Origin: Candidatus Nomurabacteria bacterium CG1_02_43_90
GTDB lineage: Bacteria; Patescibacteriota; Minisyncoccia; Phycocordibacterales; UBA1550
Reading direction: 5' to 3'
Assembly: GCA_001871765.1 (NCBI GenBank)
Contig: MNVN01000015.1
Coordinates: forward strand, 52,543 to 116,542
DNA length: 64,000 bases
Positions within the stretch are counted from its first letter, which is position 1, and each line of letters starts with the position of its first letter. A program made the position numbers and the translations under genes. The notes under the pieces were generated by a model, which was not told the origin of the DNA, did no database searches, and saw nothing but the letters and a program-made list of their open reading frames with translations. Below are positions 9,307-18,663 of this stretch, one piece after another.

Positions 9307-10646
9307 GTAAAGTAATAACTCGATTCGCACCATCGCCTACAGGTGTTCTTCATATCGGTTCAGTGCGTACGGCACTCTATTCATGGCTCTATGCGCGACA
9401 ACAAGGTGGTACGTTTATTTTACGTATTGAGGATACCGACAAGGAACGCTCAAAAAAAGAATTTGAGGAAAATATCATCGATGGACTCGCTTGGTTAGGT
9501 TTGGCACATGACGAATTTTACCGGCAGTCAGAACGCGGCGCCATTTATAAAAAACATCTCGAAACGCTTATTGCAAAAGGTGCAGCGTATCTTTCAAAAG
9601 AAGAAGCTACCGAAGAAGGTCAGCGTGCTGAGGTAATTCGTTTTAAGAACCCTAATCAAGTCGTTACCTTCCATGATGAAGCGCGGGGAGATATTTCTTT
9701 TGATACCACCGAGCTTGGAGATTTTGTTATCGCAAAAGATTTTGATACACCCCTTTATCATTTTGCTGTCGTTGTCGATGATTTTGAAATGGGGGTGACG
9801 CATATTATTCGTGGGGATGACGGAATATCTAATACGCCACGCCAGATACTCATCCAAGAGGCCTTAGGAGCGCCCCGACCTGCCTATGCGCATTTGCCAA
9901 TGATTCTCGCAGCTGATCGATCAAAGCTTTCAAAACGTCATGGTGCGCTTGCGGTGACTGAATATCGTGATGAAGGATACCTACCCCAGGCAATATTAAA
10001 CTTTGTTGCACTCATGGGGTGGAACCCTGGCAATGATCAAGAAATTATTTCCATTGATGAGATGATGAAGCTTTTTACTCTTGAGAAATTGCAAAAAGCA
10101 GGAGCTGTTTTTAATATTGATAAACTAAAATGGTTGAATAAGCATTACCTTAAGCTTCTTTCTATCGAAAGGGTAGGGGAGGAACTTCTTGCTTGTTTCC
10201 CCGACACTCTCCAAAAACAAGTCTCGCAAAATCCGATAATTTTTTCAAAAGTTATTCCCCTTATACTCGATCGCGTCGCTAATTTTTCTGAAGTGCGTTC
10301 TCTCGTAGAGGAAGGGGAGCTCACGTACTTTTTTGAAGATCCACGCTACTTACCTGAATCGCTTTTATGGAAAGATGAACGCGATCCCGTACGCGCAATC
10401 GTGCATATTGACAAATCTATTGAATTATTGCGTAATGTACCTTCTGAGAATTTTACGACTGAGGGTGTAAAACTTGCTCTTTGGGATTATGCCACGGAGG
10501 TTGGTAGGGGAAATGTTCTCTGGCCTATGCGCTATGCACTATCCGGGCGAGATAAATCACCCGATCCTTTTACTCTAGCAGATATTCTTGGAAAAGAAGC
10601 GACACTTCGTCGTCTTGAGGAGGCAAAAAAGCTCTTACAATCGTAA
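9303..10646 (+). CDS. gltX: glutamyl-tRNA synthetase
   Basis: RFAPSPTGVLHIGSVRTALYSWLYAR (HIGH-type), KLSKRHG (KMSKS variant); ATGA overlap with murG stop. Confidence 0.9.
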   Translation: MSKVITRFAPSPTGVLHIGSVRTALYSWLYARQQGGTFILRIEDTDKERSKKEFEENIIDGLAWLGLAHDEFYRQSERGAIYKKHLETLIAKGAAYLSKEEATEEGQRAEVIRFKNPNQVVTFHDEARGDISFDTTELGDFVIAKDFDTPLYHFAVVVDDFEMGVTHIIRGDDGISNTPRQILIQEALGAPRPAYAHLPMILAADRSKLSKRHGALAVTEYRDEGYLPQAILNFVALMGWNPGNDQEIISIDEMMKLFTLEKLQKAGAVFNIDKLKWLNKHYLKLLSIERVGEELLACFPDTLQKQVSQNPIIFSKVIPLILDRVANFSEVRSLVEEGELTYFFEDPRYLPESLLWKDERDPVRAIVHIDKSIELLRNVPSENFTTEGVKLALWDYATEVGRGNVLWPMRYALSGRDKSPDPFTLADILGKEATLRRLEEAKKLLQS

Positions 10647-10656
10647 ATGAATTACT

Positions 10657-11931
10657 ATGCCTAAATTTCTTTATCAACTTGGTGTGTTACTAACGTTAGG
10701 AGGGCTTATTCTCGCTACACATTCCTTTGTTTACGCACAGACTATCGAGGAGCTACAAACAAAGATTTCGGCAAAAAATGAAGAAATAAAAAAGCTTGAA
10801 GAATCAATAAAACAACACCAGGACGACCTTGTTGTGTTGGGAGCACAAAAGAAAACATTAAAAAATTCAATTGCCGAGCTTGATGTTTTGCAAAAGAAAC
10901 TCAATGCTGACCTTAAACTAACCCAGGTAAAAGTTGATACAACCGACCTTACTTTGCGTAAGCTTGGCTCAGAGATATCAATTAAAGAAAACGAAATTGA
11001 TACTCACCGAGCAGCCCTCAAAGAAGCTCTCCAGGCAATTTATGAGCGTGATGAATACTCGCTTGCAGAGGTTGCCCTTTCAAATGAGAGCTTTTCTGGT
11101 TTTTGGGGCGACCTCGAGTCGCTCAATCAATTTAGCGACAAAGTTGAACAAAACGTTGGGTTGCTCAAGGTTTTAAAAGGAGACCTTGAGGATAAGAATA
11201 TTGTTCAAGAGGCCGAGAAAAAGAAATTAATAGGTTTAAAAACTGAGCTTGGTGATCGCAAGAAGATTACTGATGCGAATAAGAAAGTACAAGCGAACCT
11301 CCTTGCGGAGACAAGTAACCAAGAAACGAAATTTAAGAAGATGTTGAATGCTGAGCTGGCATTAAAAGATGCAGTTGAACAAGAATTACGAAGCTATGAG
11401 ACTTCGCTCAAATTTATTCTTGATCCTTCGTCGATTCCTCCTCGTGGTACAAAAGTTTTTTCATCACCGCTTGACCAGATGGTAATAACTCAGCAGTTTG
11501 GTAAGACAAGCTCCTCAGGGCGGTTATATGCGTCAGGAACGCATAACGGAACAGATTTTCGTGCACTTGTTGGTACTCCCGTGAAGGCCATGCTCAGTGG
11601 AACGGTAATAGGGACAGGGGATACCGATATCGTGTGTAAGGGCGCATCCTATGGTAAATGGGTACTTATCCGACACAATAATGGGCTCGCGACCCTCTAT
11701 GGTCATTTTTCTATGGTGAAAGTTTCACAAGGACAGGCCGTGGACACTGGTGAACTTATTGGGTACAGTGGGAACACTGGATATACAACGGGCCCACATC
11801 TTCATGTTACTGTTTTTGCTGCTGCTGCAGTTAAGGTACAGAGTCTTCCTAGTAAAGCATGCGGAGGAAGAGTTTATACGATGCCCTTGGCGGCGATTAA
11901 TGCGTACCTCGATCCGATGGATTATTTGTAA
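10657..11931 (+). CDS. M23 family metallopeptidase with N-terminal coiled coil (EnvC-like murein hydrolase factor)
   Basis: Signal/TM then long heptad-rich region; C-terminal HNGTDF ... GNTGYTTGPHLHVTVF (HxxxD and HxH LytM motifs). Confidence 0.8.
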   Translation: MPKFLYQLGVLLTLGGLILATHSFVYAQTIEELQTKISAKNEEIKKLEESIKQHQDDLVVLGAQKKTLKNSIAELDVLQKKLNADLKLTQVKVDTTDLTLRKLGSEISIKENEIDTHRAALKEALQAIYERDEYSLAEVALSNESFSGFWGDLESLNQFSDKVEQNVGLLKVLKGDLEDKNIVQEAEKKKLIGLKTELGDRKKITDANKKVQANLLAETSNQETKFKKMLNAELALKDAVEQELRSYETSLKFILDPSSIPPRGTKVFSSPLDQMVITQQFGKTSSSGRLYASGTHNGTDFRALVGTPVKAMLSGTVIGTGDTDIVCKGASYGKWVLIRHNNGLATLYGHFSMVKVSQGQAVDTGELIGYSGNTGYTTGPHLHVTVFAAAAVKVQSLPSKACGGRVYTMPLAAINAYLDPMDYL

Positions 11932-11956
11932 AATAAAAGTTACAATAGGGAAAAAT

Positions 11957-12178
11957 ATGAAAAGGAACATTTCAAAAAATAAAGGATTTATTCAGCTAGT
12001 GATACTCGCCATTGTAATCATCGCGACTCTTGCATATTTTAAAATCGATTTACGAACTCTTTTAAATAGACCCGAGCTTCAAAAAATATGGGGGATTTTT
12101 GTAAGTGCGTGGGCGTTGTACATCAAGCCATTATTTTGGTTTCTCTTTACGAGTATTTCAGGATTATTTGTGAAATAA
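11957..12178 (+). CDS. small hypothetical membrane protein (73 aa)
   Basis: ATG at 11957 preceded by AGGGAAAAAT RBS-like sequence; two hydrophobic helices; followed by hairpin plus T-run at 12197-12237. The longer listed ORF from 11750 overlaps the M23 gene and is rejected. Confidence 0.35.
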   Translation: MKRNISKNKGFIQLVILAIVIIATLAYFKIDLRTLLNRPELQKIWGIFVSAWALYIKPLFWFLFTSISGLFVK

Positions 12179-12196
12179 AAAATCCGTGTCAGCCGT

Positions 12197-12237
12197 TCTT
12201 CTTTTTTGTATTTACAAAAAAGAAGAGTCAGGTTTTT
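12197..12237 (+). terminator. intrinsic terminator candidate (12-bp A/T-rich stem, T-run)
   Basis: tcttcttttttg / caaaaaagaaga stem, loop tattta, followed by gtcaggttttt. Confidence 0.4.
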
Positions 12238-12291
12238 GCAGTAAAGAAAAGAGAGAAGGTGGGGAGAAGTACTCTTCAAGATAAGCTAAAG

Positions 12292-12339
12292 GCCCCTATA
12301 ACAAAAAGCCCCTGTGCAGGTGCTTTTTGTTATAGGGGC
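12292..12339. repeat. perfect 18-bp inverted repeat hairpin (loop 12 nt) in convergent intergenic region
   Basis: gcccctataacaaaaagc ... gctttttgttataggggc; no U-tract on either side. Confidence 0.6.
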
Positions 12340-12459
12340 TAATGAAGTACACTATACGTCGCAAAAGATATATTGTGCGACGTAGTGATGATAAAGAACA
12401 AGGGGCTTTTAGACCCTTGTACCCTATATTCCCTCCGCCGAATATCCTCCCTTAAGGCG

Positions 12460-13089
12460 TTACTTGTCTTTCTTATAAAATTCCCTGAGCGGACAGGTGG
12501 TGTGCTTACAATATGCTGGACAATATTCTCTTCCGTATAAAATAAGTAAATGTGAAAATCTCACCCAGTCTTTTTTTTGTACGATTTCCATCAAGTCGCG
12601 CTCAATTTTTATCGCATCACTATGTTTGGTTAGTCCAAGGAGTCGTGCAATACGGATGACGTGCGTATCGACCACAATACCTTCGGCTGTACCATAGAGT
12701 TCACCCAAGACGACATTAGCAGTCTTCCTGCCTACTCCTGGAATGGTGACCAGCTCCTCTATCGTCTTCGGAATCTTTCCATTAAAATTCCCCTTGACTG
12801 CTTGTGCCGCCTTGAGAATATTTTTTGTCTTCGCACGATAAAATCCCGTGGAATAAATATCTCGTTCGAACTCTGCAGGTGTGGCCTTGGTATAGTCATT
12901 GAGTTCTGGGTACTTTTTGAAAAGCTCCCGGGTAACCTCGTTTACACGCTTGTCCGTACATTGCGCGGACAAAATCACGGCTACAAGAAGATCCCACGGC
13001 TTTCGGTAGTTGAGCGCGCATGCAGGCTCAGGAAAAAGCCGGCTGAGCACTTTTATAATACTAGGCAAGTTGGTATTTTCTTTTTTCAT
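12460..13089 (-). CDS. nth: endonuclease III (HhH-GPD glycosylase with 4Fe-4S cluster loop)
   Basis: LLVAVILSAQCTDKRVN, HhH-GPD IPGVGRKTANVVL, catalytic VDTHV, C-terminal CPAYCKHTTCPL Cys cluster. Confidence 0.9.
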   Translation of the reverse strand: MKKENTNLPSIIKVLSRLFPEPACALNYRKPWDLLVAVILSAQCTDKRVNEVTRELFKKYPELNDYTKATPAEFERDIYSTGFYRAKTKNILKAAQAVKGNFNGKIPKTIEELVTIPGVGRKTANVVLGELYGTAEGIVVDTHVIRIARLLGLTKHSDAIKIERDLMEIVQKKDWVRFSHLLILYGREYCPAYCKHTTCPLREFYKKDK

Positions 13090-13888
13090 ATTTTATTAAA
13101 CCCTCTTTTTTAAGGACTTCAAGCACTTCTTTTGTCCGCGGGTCATCATTAGATATTTTTTTAATAGACGGTAAGGTACTTGCTTCACCATTTAGCCCGC
13201 GGATTATTTTACCCCGTAGTTCCCGAAGTGAACCTTTAAACGTACTTTGTTTCAAATAATGCTTACTCTGCTTATTAGAGTTTGTTTTTGTAATTTTTGG
13301 CAAATGTGCACCGTAGTCCATAAGTGCATAATACCATTCACGCGGATTTTTTGTATCAAGCATTTTTTGTACGAGGGACAAAATTTCTTGGTCGCTCACT
13401 TCCCTTCTCCTCGTAAAAAAATGATGAATGAAGGCACGACGAATATTGGTCTCGATGAAAACTTCAGCTTCGTTGAATGCAAACGCGCGTACTGCTCCCG
13501 CGGTGTAGGGTCCGACCCCAGGCAATAACTCGAGCTCTGTACGACTGCGAGGAATTTTCCCCTTGTGTTCTGTCACGATTTTTTCTGCCATACGCTTGAG
13601 CGCAAGCGCACGTCTGTTGTACCCCATCCCCTGCCACACATGAAGCACTTCAGAAAGTGGAGATTTTGCGAGTGATTCGATATCGGGGAACCTCTTCAAA
13701 AATTCTGGATATTTTTCCAGCACGCGCGATACCTGGGTCTGCTGGAGCATTATTTCCGAAACAAGGATTTTGTAGGCATTTCGGGTATTCCTCCAGGGCA
13801 TTTTACGCCCAGAATGCGCATAAAATGCCCAAATTTGAGCCTGAAATTGGGTTATTTTTGATTTAGGTAGTTTTGGAGATTGTGACAT
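13061..13888 (-). CDS. MutY-like HhH-GPD DNA glycosylase lacking all Fe-S cysteines
   Basis: SEIMLQQTQVSRV (MutY signature), LPGVGPYTAGAVRAFAF HhH-GPD, but zero Cys residues in the whole 275-aa product and a basic C-terminal extension instead of a NUDIX-like domain. Confidence 0.7.
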   Translation of the reverse strand: MSQSPKLPKSKITQFQAQIWAFYAHSGRKMPWRNTRNAYKILVSEIMLQQTQVSRVLEKYPEFLKRFPDIESLAKSPLSEVLHVWQGMGYNRRALALKRMAEKIVTEHKGKIPRSRTELELLPGVGPYTAGAVRAFAFNEAEVFIETNIRRAFIHHFFTRRREVSDQEILSLVQKMLDTKNPREWYYALMDYGAHLPKITKTNSNKQSKHYLKQSTFKGSLRELRGKIIRGLNGEASTLPSIKKISNDDPRTKEVLEVLKKEGLIKYEKRKYQLA

Positions 13889-13953
13889 TATTAAGTTATT
13901 TTAACATGAATTTTAAATAATTTTTTGGGTATTAATATCCAGAACTCTTTTAG

Positions 13954-13982
13954 AGAAAAACCGCGCAAAGTACGCGGTTTTG
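13954..13982 (-). terminator. intrinsic terminator downstream of 14005..14544 gene
   Basis: aaaaaccgcg-caaagta-cgcggtttt; on minus strand stem is followed by TTTTTCTC. Confidence 0.6.
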
Positions 13983-14004
13983 GACGCCTTAACCCCTTAA
14001 AATC

Positions 14005-14544
14005 TTAGACTAAACTGATGAGTGGGCATGGAGAGGTTAGATCATAAGCATTTTTGTCTTCTCGTGCAGACAAGAGAACTTTTGCCATAAAAGGAAATCC
14101 TTGACACACACTATGGTAAAGATTTGCATGGGATTTGATGTTCCTTCTTTCAAAAGAAGTCGCGAGTTCTTCAAACGCCATCCGCCCAATCTCAACGAAG
14201 TACGATGGCGAGACGTTAAGATTTTTTGTTCGTTCCGGGAAAAGCCCCGCAAGGATGAGACTTATGTCCCCTACACTACTCAATGCTTGTTCCTTTTTGT
14301 GCCCCGTATATTCAGAAGAAGCATTAAGAAACTCGAGAGCGAGGGTAACAGAAAAAAGATCGGTGCGGCGCATAAAACGCATGAGGGTGAAGACAAGAAA
14401 ACTCTCTAAGTCTTCATTGAGGTCCTGTCCTATTTTTTGCTCACCTTTTTTAACAAAATCAACCCAAGTTGCTACAACTGTTTTTTCAAAATCTATTGGT
14501 TCTAGTTTTGCATCAGGTTTTTTAAGCAGGATAATAGTTCCCAT
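14005..14544 (-). CDS. hypothetical protein (179 aa)
   Basis: Complete ORF with own terminator, divergent from PD-(D/E)XK nuclease gene; no recognised motif. Confidence 0.5.
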   Translation of the reverse strand: MGTIILLKKPDAKLEPIDFEKTVVATWVDFVKKGEQKIGQDLNEDLESFLVFTLMRFMRRTDLFSVTLALEFLNASSEYTGHKKEQALSSVGDISLILAGLFPERTKNLNVSPSYFVEIGRMAFEELATSFERRNIKSHANLYHSVCQGFPFMAKVLLSAREDKNAYDLTSPCPLISLV

Positions 14545-14645
14545 AACGATCCCTTTTTAGTATTTATTAAAGAGACTACCTTTACCAAGCCTATTCTTTT
14601 TTTTAGCAATGTCTAGTTCTTTATTTTTTATGTTAAAATACTCAA

Positions 14646-15857
14646 ATGCGGACATCCTACTCAGCCCTCGAGACCTACCGAAGTTGCCCCTTGAAGTACA
14701 AGTTTCAAGAGGTAGATAAAATACGTATGCCAAAAGGAGTAGCGGCGGTTTTCGGTACGATTGTACACAGCGCACTCAATTACATGTTTGAACGCAATCC
14801 CCTCTACCCTACCCTGGATGAGGTTATTGATTTTTATACGACGCATTGGAAAGAAAAGTCAGAGAGCATTGTATGGTCAAGCCCTGACCGAAAAGAACAA
14901 GAGGAGAAAATGTATTTTGAAGAAGGTCTCTCTGTCCTCAAAAATTTTTATAAAAAAAATCAACCATGGATGTTTAACGTAGTGGAGCTTGAGGGGCGTT
15001 TTTCTCTTGAACTTCCTGATGAAAAAAGCGGGACGACGCACACCCTCGCAGGTATTATCGACCGTCTCGACAAGGATCCCGAAACGGGTAGATATGAAAT
15101 TATCGACTACAAGACCGGCAAACGTATGCCGAGCGAAGCAGAGCTTGCCGAGAACCTTCAGCTTGGCGTGTACCACCTTGCGCTTACCGCGCGATGGCCG
15201 TCGATGGACCCTGGAAACTTCACAACCAGTCTTTATTTTTTGAAACACAATGAAAAGGTTTCGGTCGTCCCTTCGCGTGAGACGCTTGTCCACACTCGAG
15301 ATTTTGTTCTCAAAACAATTCGTGAAATTGAGAAGCATTTACAGGACGGCAACTTCCCGCCGATGCCAAGTCCTCTTTGTGGGTGGTGTTCCTACCAAAA
15401 GCTATGTCCAATGTGGGCGCATGAGTTCAAGGAAGAAGAAACACGAACGGCGAGTGATGCCGAAGTTGCGGAGGCTATCCGTGGATTCTTTGATATTAAA
15501 AAAAGTGATGATAAAAACAAAAAACGCCTTGCAGAAATTCGCGCTACTCTTTTGCAGTATATGCAACAAGAAAATCTTGCCCGCGTTTTTGGTGAGGGTG
15601 GCTATATTACAAAAAACGTGCAAGAGCGAATAAGTATTGACGTAGAGCGTGCTGAGCCATTCCTCAAGTCTGCGGGTGTATGGGAACAAGTGCTTGAGCC
15701 AAGTGAAAAGAAACTTCAAACACTCCTCTCTTCCCTTCCCGAACCTATTCAAGAAGAAATTTTGAAATTTGAGACTAAGAAAATGATAACGGTATTGAAG
15801 CCCACAAAAAAGAAAGGCGGGGCAGATGACGAAGAGGAAGACAGTTTGTTGGTGTAG
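14646..15857 (+). CDS. PD-(D/E)XK family nuclease with Cas4-like four-Cys Fe-S cluster
   Basis: N-terminal YSALETYRSCPLKYKF, nuclease motif GIIDRLD ... YEIIDYKTGK, C-terminal CGWCSYQKLCP; acidic tail. Confidence 0.75.
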   Translation: MRTSYSALETYRSCPLKYKFQEVDKIRMPKGVAAVFGTIVHSALNYMFERNPLYPTLDEVIDFYTTHWKEKSESIVWSSPDRKEQEEKMYFEEGLSVLKNFYKKNQPWMFNVVELEGRFSLELPDEKSGTTHTLAGIIDRLDKDPETGRYEIIDYKTGKRMPSEAELAENLQLGVYHLALTARWPSMDPGNFTTSLYFLKHNEKVSVVPSRETLVHTRDFVLKTIREIEKHLQDGNFPPMPSPLCGWCSYQKLCPMWAHEFKEEETRTASDAEVAEAIRGFFDIKKSDDKNKKRLAEIRATLLQYMQQENLARVFGEGGYITKNVQERISIDVERAEPFLKSAGVWEQVLEPSEKKLQTLLSSLPEPIQEEILKFETKKMITVLKPTKKKGGADDEEEDSLLV

Positions 15858-16060
15858 CCCTTTACTCCACCGTGACTGACTTTGCGAGATTGCGCGGTTT
15901 GTCGACGTTGTTGCTGAGCACTCGCGCATAATGATATGCAAAAAGTTGCAGAGGTGATATTTCGAGGATGGGATACAGGAGCGCGTTATTTAGCGAAGAA
16001 ATAATCTCCGGTATGAGGTTCCTTTTTTCGCTCGTGATGATACCAATGATGCCACACATA

Positions 16061-16672
16061 TTATTTTTGGTGAATTATAGGATACTCTGCGAACTCGGGT
16101 AAAATATTTTTTCCATACAAAATACGTGAGATTGCTTCTGCTTCATACTTTGCACCATTGATGCCGATGTGCGGTTTTGGTTCTTCTGGAAGCCCAAGGT
16201 ATACAAGGATGCTGTCGAGAGTAAGGTCTGCACGATCATTCTTTTGAGGTACAGGGATTCCTCGTCTCACCATATCCATATATGCCATGGTATTGAGGTC
16301 GAGGGTGCGATATGCAAAGTGCCAGCCAATATGTGTCCGGGCGAAAGAGTCATTGAGAAAATCACGGTCAAAAGAAGGATTTTTCCCTGCAAGAGTTTTG
16401 TCTTCACACTGCTCAATCCAGTGCAAAAAGTTTCCCATAAGATCTTCGAGGGAATGCTTTTTAGAGTCGGTACATTCTTCTTCGGTAAACCCGTTGACGG
16501 CAAGCGCATCACTCATCATGCTCGCGCCTTCCCATATGCGACATTCACCATAAAACTGTCGCTCAGGATGTTCAAGTTCAACCGCCCCAATACTTAAAAG
16601 GGAATGCTTGTGTGGGTCCAGCCCGCTTGCTTCAACATCGGCAACAATCATAGTACTTATATTGTAGCACAA
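16061..16672 (-). CDS. DEDDh 3'-5' exonuclease (DnaQ/RNase T-like); probable start at 16651 ([10 protein letters not shown])
   Basis: Exo I motif ADVEASGLD, Exo II FDRDFL-like, Exo III HxxxxD near C-terminus ([14 protein letters not shown]). Confidence 0.7.
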   Translation of the reverse strand: MCYNISTMIVADVEASGLDPHKHSLLSIGAVELEHPERQFYGECRIWEGASMMSDALAVNGFTEEECTDSKKHSLEDLMGNFLHWIEQCEDKTLAGKNPSFDRDFLNDSFARTHIGWHFAYRTLDLNTMAYMDMVRRGIPVPQKNDRADLTLDSILVYLGLPEEPKPHIGINGAKYEAEAISRILYGKNILPEFAEYPIIHQK

Positions 16673-16697
16673 AAAGGAGTTTCCTTCGTGCTATAGG

Positions 16698-16725
16698 CGT
16701 ATAATGTACTATAGTATATTATACG
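16698..16725. promoter_or_regulatory. near-perfect 12-bp-arm palindrome containing a TATAAT box upstream of exonuclease gene
   Basis: cgtataatgtac-tata-gtatattatacg (one G.T mismatch). Confidence 0.4.
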
Positions 16726-16749
16726 TCTATGGTACCTGCTGCAAAAATA

Positions 16750-17808
16750 TTAAACAAACGAAGAGAATTTTTTATATACCTTCCCTGTTGTTAAAATCTT
16801 TTCCGTAAAACCATTTGTTTCCCCTGAAAACCATGTTCGTTCAGCGTAGAGTTCGAGGTCTTCTTTACTATGCGCATCAGAACCTCCTCCTGTAATGGCA
16901 CCATATTTTTTTGCCATAGCGCGGAGGATTTCCCTTTCCTCTTCAATTGAGTCCTCTCTGTCGGTACCGTATTCACGCATACCATAAACTACTTCGACAC
17001 CGTCAATACGGTTTTCCGCAAGAAGTTTCTCAAGTATTGTGAGGGGCATTTTGTTGCGAATGTAACAGTAGTGTGCAATGAGAGCTACTCCACCCGCATT
17101 ACGAATAAGTGCCACGCCTTCATCAAGGGTTGGCATGTAATCATTTTCAAAGTACGCACTCTTAAAAGCATCAGGAGTTAAAAATAGTGAGTAAGAGTAA
17201 GAAGCCTCCCCTTTTTGCATCATTAAATCATACCGTTCGCGTATTAGAGTGTCATTCTCCCCTGCTTCCTGCATTTTTTTACGGAGTTTTTCGATGATAG
17301 TGTTATTTTCTGTATGTCGTTTGAGTGCCTCAACAATATGCGGACGACCCACCGATTCCCCTCCCGATGCTTCTAAACATTCTTCTTCGGTGATGATAAA
17401 TCCAAGCTCTTGTAATTTTCCCACCATTTTTTTCATACGCTTTACCCGTGCCACTTGTGCAAGGTCACAGTGCTTGATGAGCTCCTCATTTTTGGGATCA
17501 ACAAAAAGACCGATCATATGGAGTGTCGATGAATCAGGAGCAAGTTCCTGTGGTAGACCCGTGGTAAGCTCAATGCCGAGAACCCATTTTGTTGTGCGGT
17601 CTCGTAAAACATCAAGCTCGTCGAGAATTTTTTGCGGTGGTACGGCGTCGTGGTCAGTAAAAGCAATCACGGAGACATTGAGCGATTCCGCCAAGTCAAA
17701 CATCTCTCGATGTGTAAGCTTGCCATCAGAGAGTGTGGTATGAGTGTGGAGAGATTCGATAGTGGGCATAGTTTTTGAGTATAGCACAATTTTTATAACC
17801 CTTTGCAA
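16750..17808 (-). CDS. PHP-domain metal-dependent phosphoesterase (TrpH/YciV-like); probable start at 17769
   Basis: LHTHTTLSDG ... IAFTDHD ... GGSDAH His/Asp metal-site motifs of PHP family; 350 aa with inserted helical region. Confidence 0.75.
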   Translation of the reverse strand: MQRVIKIVLYSKTMPTIESLHTHTTLSDGKLTHREMFDLAESLNVSVIAFTDHDAVPPQKILDELDVLRDRTTKWVLGIELTTGLPQELAPDSSTLHMIGLFVDPKNEELIKHCDLAQVARVKRMKKMVGKLQELGFIITEEECLEASGGESVGRPHIVEALKRHTENNTIIEKLRKKMQEAGENDTLIRERYDLMMQKGEASYSYSLFLTPDAFKSAYFENDYMPTLDEGVALIRNAGGVALIAHYCYIRNKMPLTILEKLLAENRIDGVEVVYGMREYGTDREDSIEEEREILRAMAKKYGAITGGGSDAHSKEDLELYAERTWFSGETNGFTEKILTTGKVYKKFSSFV

Positions 17809-18224
17809 GCAGTTGCGGGAGAATACCCGCGCGCCTCAGCTTCATTTTTGTCCGCAAAATGAATGAGGTTGGCAGGAGAGATACTTTTTACCCCTGAACA
17901 CCATGGATAGTAATATTTCTTTCCATTTTTTGACCCCACAAGGTCATTCCTTGTTGTGCTAATAATACTCGCGCTTTGAGTTGTCTTAGCAGAGCCCGTC
18001 CCTACTGAAGAATCCTTGCTCGTTACTTCGGTGGGAATATTTTCAATCCGTATGGGTGTCTTTGCTCCTTCTATTTTTGAGAGTCGCCCAAGTCCAAAAG
18101 AGCAAAATGCAACAAGGATAATAATGAGACCCAGAAAGAGATCGTCGGGGAGTATTGGTGGTTGGCGGAGTTTGGATTGACTATAGGCCTTGATTTTTTC
18201 TCGCAAATCTTTTATACTGGTCAT
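17793..18224 (-). CDS. membrane-anchored protein with C-terminal Ada-like zinc-binding domain
   Basis: Single TM (LFLGLIIILVAFCSFGLG), low-complexity linker, C-terminal KKYYYPWCSG...AEARGYSPATAC resembling Ada N-terminal metal-binding fold; 16-nt overlap with PHP ORF. Confidence 0.5.
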   Translation of the reverse strand: MTSIKDLREKIKAYSQSKLRQPPILPDDLFLGLIIILVAFCSFGLGRLSKIEGAKTPIRIENIPTEVTSKDSSVGTGSAKTTQSASIISTTRNDLVGSKNGKKYYYPWCSGVKSISPANLIHFADKNEAEARGYSPATACKGL

Positions 18225-18270
18225 TACTTTAGATTATAGGCGTTTTATAGACATTTACAAATTTTAAACC

Positions 18271-18543
18271 ATGGCACATAGAAAAGCAGGCGGATCCGCC
18301 AAAAACTTAACTGATTCTCAGGCAAAGTACCTCGGTACGAAGCTTTATGCTGGCGAGGTTGCCAAGGCTGGCTCTATTATTGTTCGTCAGCGTGGTACCG
18401 TAATCCTCGCAGGAGAAAATGTTGCAATCGGCAAAGACCATACCCTCTACTCTCTCAAGGAAGGCACCGTAGCTTTCAGCGAGAAACGTAAACAGAACTT
18501 TGACGGGACAACAACACGTCGCAAAGTTGCGAGCGTAAAATAA
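18271..18543 (+). CDS. rpmA: 50S ribosomal protein L27
   Basis: [29 protein letters not shown]... near-identical to L27 consensus. Confidence 0.95.
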   Translation: MAHRKAGGSAKNLTDSQAKYLGTKLYAGEVAKAGSIIVRQRGTVILAGENVAIGKDHTLYSLKEGTVAFSEKRKQNFDGTTTRRKVASVK

Positions 18544-18556
18544 TACTCAAACAAAA

Positions 18557-18587
18557 AACCCGACTCATTAATGAGTCGGGTTTTTTG
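18557..18587 (+). terminator. intrinsic terminator after rpmA
   Basis: aacccgactcat / atgagtcgggtt stem followed by TTTTTTGTTT. Confidence 0.8.
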
Positions 18588-18663
18588 TTTGACAAATAAT
18601 TTGAACGTGGTAAGCTTTTTTCAGCTTGAAAATTCGTAGGTTAACTTACACGGGGAGATTACC

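Noticed and set aside
11750-12178. 142-aa ORF overlapping the 3' end of the M23 peptidase gene
   Set aside because: The first 69 codons lie in an alternative frame of the peptidase gene. Only the part from ATG 11957, which has an RBS, is plausible.
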